Of a DNA stretch of 64,000 nt, positions 62,125 to 64,000 are shown piece after piece. The stretch comes from Octopus vulgaris (lineage: Eukaryota). Position numbers and translations under genes: made by a program. Numbering within the stretch: the first letter of the stretch is position 1; every line of letters begins with the position of its first letter. Location: the NCBI GenBank assembly GCA_951406725.2, contig OX597814.1:45074001-45138000 (forward strand). Direction: 5' to 3'. The notes beneath the pieces are model-generated. The model saw nothing but the letters and a program-made list of their open reading frames with translations. It had not been told where the DNA came from and made no database searches.

Positions 62125-62325
62125 GACCTCGTGAGTACCGCTGGCGATTTTTTCCTTCTGTCTTCCCTTCTCGGGATCTTTCCTTCTTTGTTTCCGACGA
62201 AGAGCTCCGCTCGAAACGTTAAACCCTCTTTCTTCCCTTCTTTCCAGAGCGTCCAATAATACTTTATTTGTTCCACGTCTTCGCGTTGTTGTGTTTTTTG
62301 TTTTTTTGTGTTTTCTTGTTTGGAT

Positions 62326-62329
<4 letters not shown>
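62125..62329 (+). mobile_element. Penelope-like pseudo-LTR
   Basis: Homologous to 34877-35075 and ends in (TA)n. Confidence 0.75.
62190..62224 (+). ncRNA. Minimal hammerhead motif, U4C variant
   Basis: GUUU-CCGACGA-A-GAGC(UCC)GCUC-GAA-ACGU-U-AAAC. Confidence 0.65.
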
Positions 62330-62389
<60 letters not shown>

Positions 62390-64000
62390 CATATACATTT
62401 ACACACACACACACATGTTTTTGTATGCTTGTACGTGTGAAAGTCTGTGTGAAAAACAAGTTGCAAAAGAAGGAAAGAAATCGTTCAGTTAATGATAAAA
62501 TAACACTTGTCATTATAGTTATATATTGGGCGTGCCTAGTTCTGCATTAGTTCTGTTTCAAGGAAAACTCCAATAACTATTTAGACATACTTTACAGAAT
62601 GCTGGAGACTGCACAGGCCTAAATCGATACACATTCTTTACTACAACACCTGACATCAAGGTACGCAAATTGCTGTGATCTTACGGTGTGTGTTCATAAG
62701 TTCATAAAAAATACACGTGCTGCATTATGTATGTGTGTCTGTGTTTTGTGAAAGAGGATGTGAGTAGAGTCAAGAACTGATAGTTTTTTTTATCGGCAAT
62801 AATGCTGTGTGTAATAATACTGTGTCAGTCGTATCATGTTAAGAGAAAATCTATATGTACGTATATGTAAGCTAATCAGAGAAGACATGCTCGGAAGATC
62901 CATAAACAAAACTTAACCAACCCAACTGGAGGTGAAAAATTCGAAATTGAATACAAACAAGAAGACTACTACATTTAGTTTAGTTATTTGAATGTATAAG
63001 CCATTCAAAAGTAGAATTTCTGTTCATTCTCTGTCCATTCTATCGACAAATACATTCTAATGATCATTTCATGTTAATAAGCTTGTAGTGAGGTTGGATC
63101 TGAATTCTTCGTTAACGACAAAGAATTAATATGTGGTTCTGATAGTGAAAAGTTGCACATTCACAAATTTGTAATGTGGTACAACTTTGTAGCAGCTGCT
63201 TTTGTCTAACTAGATTTTCTAAGATATAGAGTTTATTGTAAGACTATACAAGGAGTATTAAATGGCCTGATTTTCACCATTATGCCTTAGTATCACAGCC
63301 ATCGGTTGTTACTAGAGTTACAAAGTAGGTAAAGAAGTAAAGAAGCAAGCCTGAAACCGAAAGTGACTCGGGTTTCTGGAGGTTTTTCGTGGGGTTATTT
63401 TGTTTGCTTTTTGTTTGTTTTGTTTGTTTGTTTGTTTTCTTCAGACAGCTTAAATATATACTTGAAATATAAAATAAACTATGAAAAGTAAATAGCTAAA
63501 TTGTATTTAACGGATTCAAATCAATACATTTGGGAAGCCTGATCTGTATGATATGTATTAATCCACTTAAAATTAATAAAGTATATCACACTATGATGAA
63601 AATTAAGCAAAGAAAAGTTAAAAAATATGATTTTATTTGACGGACAAAGGTAAAGGTTAATATGCTTCTAAAGCAGTGTATGTTTAATATTTGTCAATCC
63701 ACTTAAAAAAGTAAAGAACAAAACTATTTTTAACACACCACGTGCAAATTAACCAATTTCAGAAACAATGCATGTGTACTCATTATAGGATGCAGCTCAT
63801 TTCATGGTATTCCACTGTATTCTTGGATTTCTGGAACAAGAAGTCGGTTATTGTGTTATCAAAAAAACAGTCCTATTTGATAATTGCTGCAGAAATAAAT
63901 GCATTCTATGAGCATGAATACGGAGTATAAGAATGTGAATTCTTTACAAGGCATAGTGGGTCACTGTAAACTTCGATTTAGAACTGCCCTGATTCCCAAA

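Noticed and set aside
63742-64000. Possible host exon at the window end
   Set aside because: The frames examined are short or interrupted by stops, with no recognisable domain.

Overview
This is AT-rich, microsatellite-saturated animal genomic DNA, intergenic or intronic, in which I cannot support any host protein-coding exon. The SINE repertoire resembles octopus (cephalopod) repeats; this is inferred from recognition, not from a search. Most ORFs in the track are translations of microsatellites. DNA transposons present: a maT-like Tc1/mariner fragment, a full-length mariner, a Merlin/ISXO2-type element with long TIRs, a complete Chapaev3-type (CMC) element with a TAA TSD, and two non-autonomous Helitrons. 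Non-LTR retrotransposons present: Tx1/L1-like, R4/Dong-like REL elements sitting in (ATT)n, CR1-like and RTE. There are also Penelope-like remnants carrying minimal hammerhead ribozyme motifs and several tRNA-SINE families. Five observations stand out. (1) A CUUGU-loop 3' stem-loop with covarying stems is shared by the Tx1-like LINE ends and both tails of the dominant SINE, suggesting a LINE-SINE partnership. (2) Four minimal hammerheads have different catalytic cores, one with a U3:A8 swap. (3) A two-donor templated insertion lies inside an unidentified coding-like island. (4) That island is itself unclassified and may be viral. (5) A fold-back palindromic SINE duplication spans about 1.4 kb.
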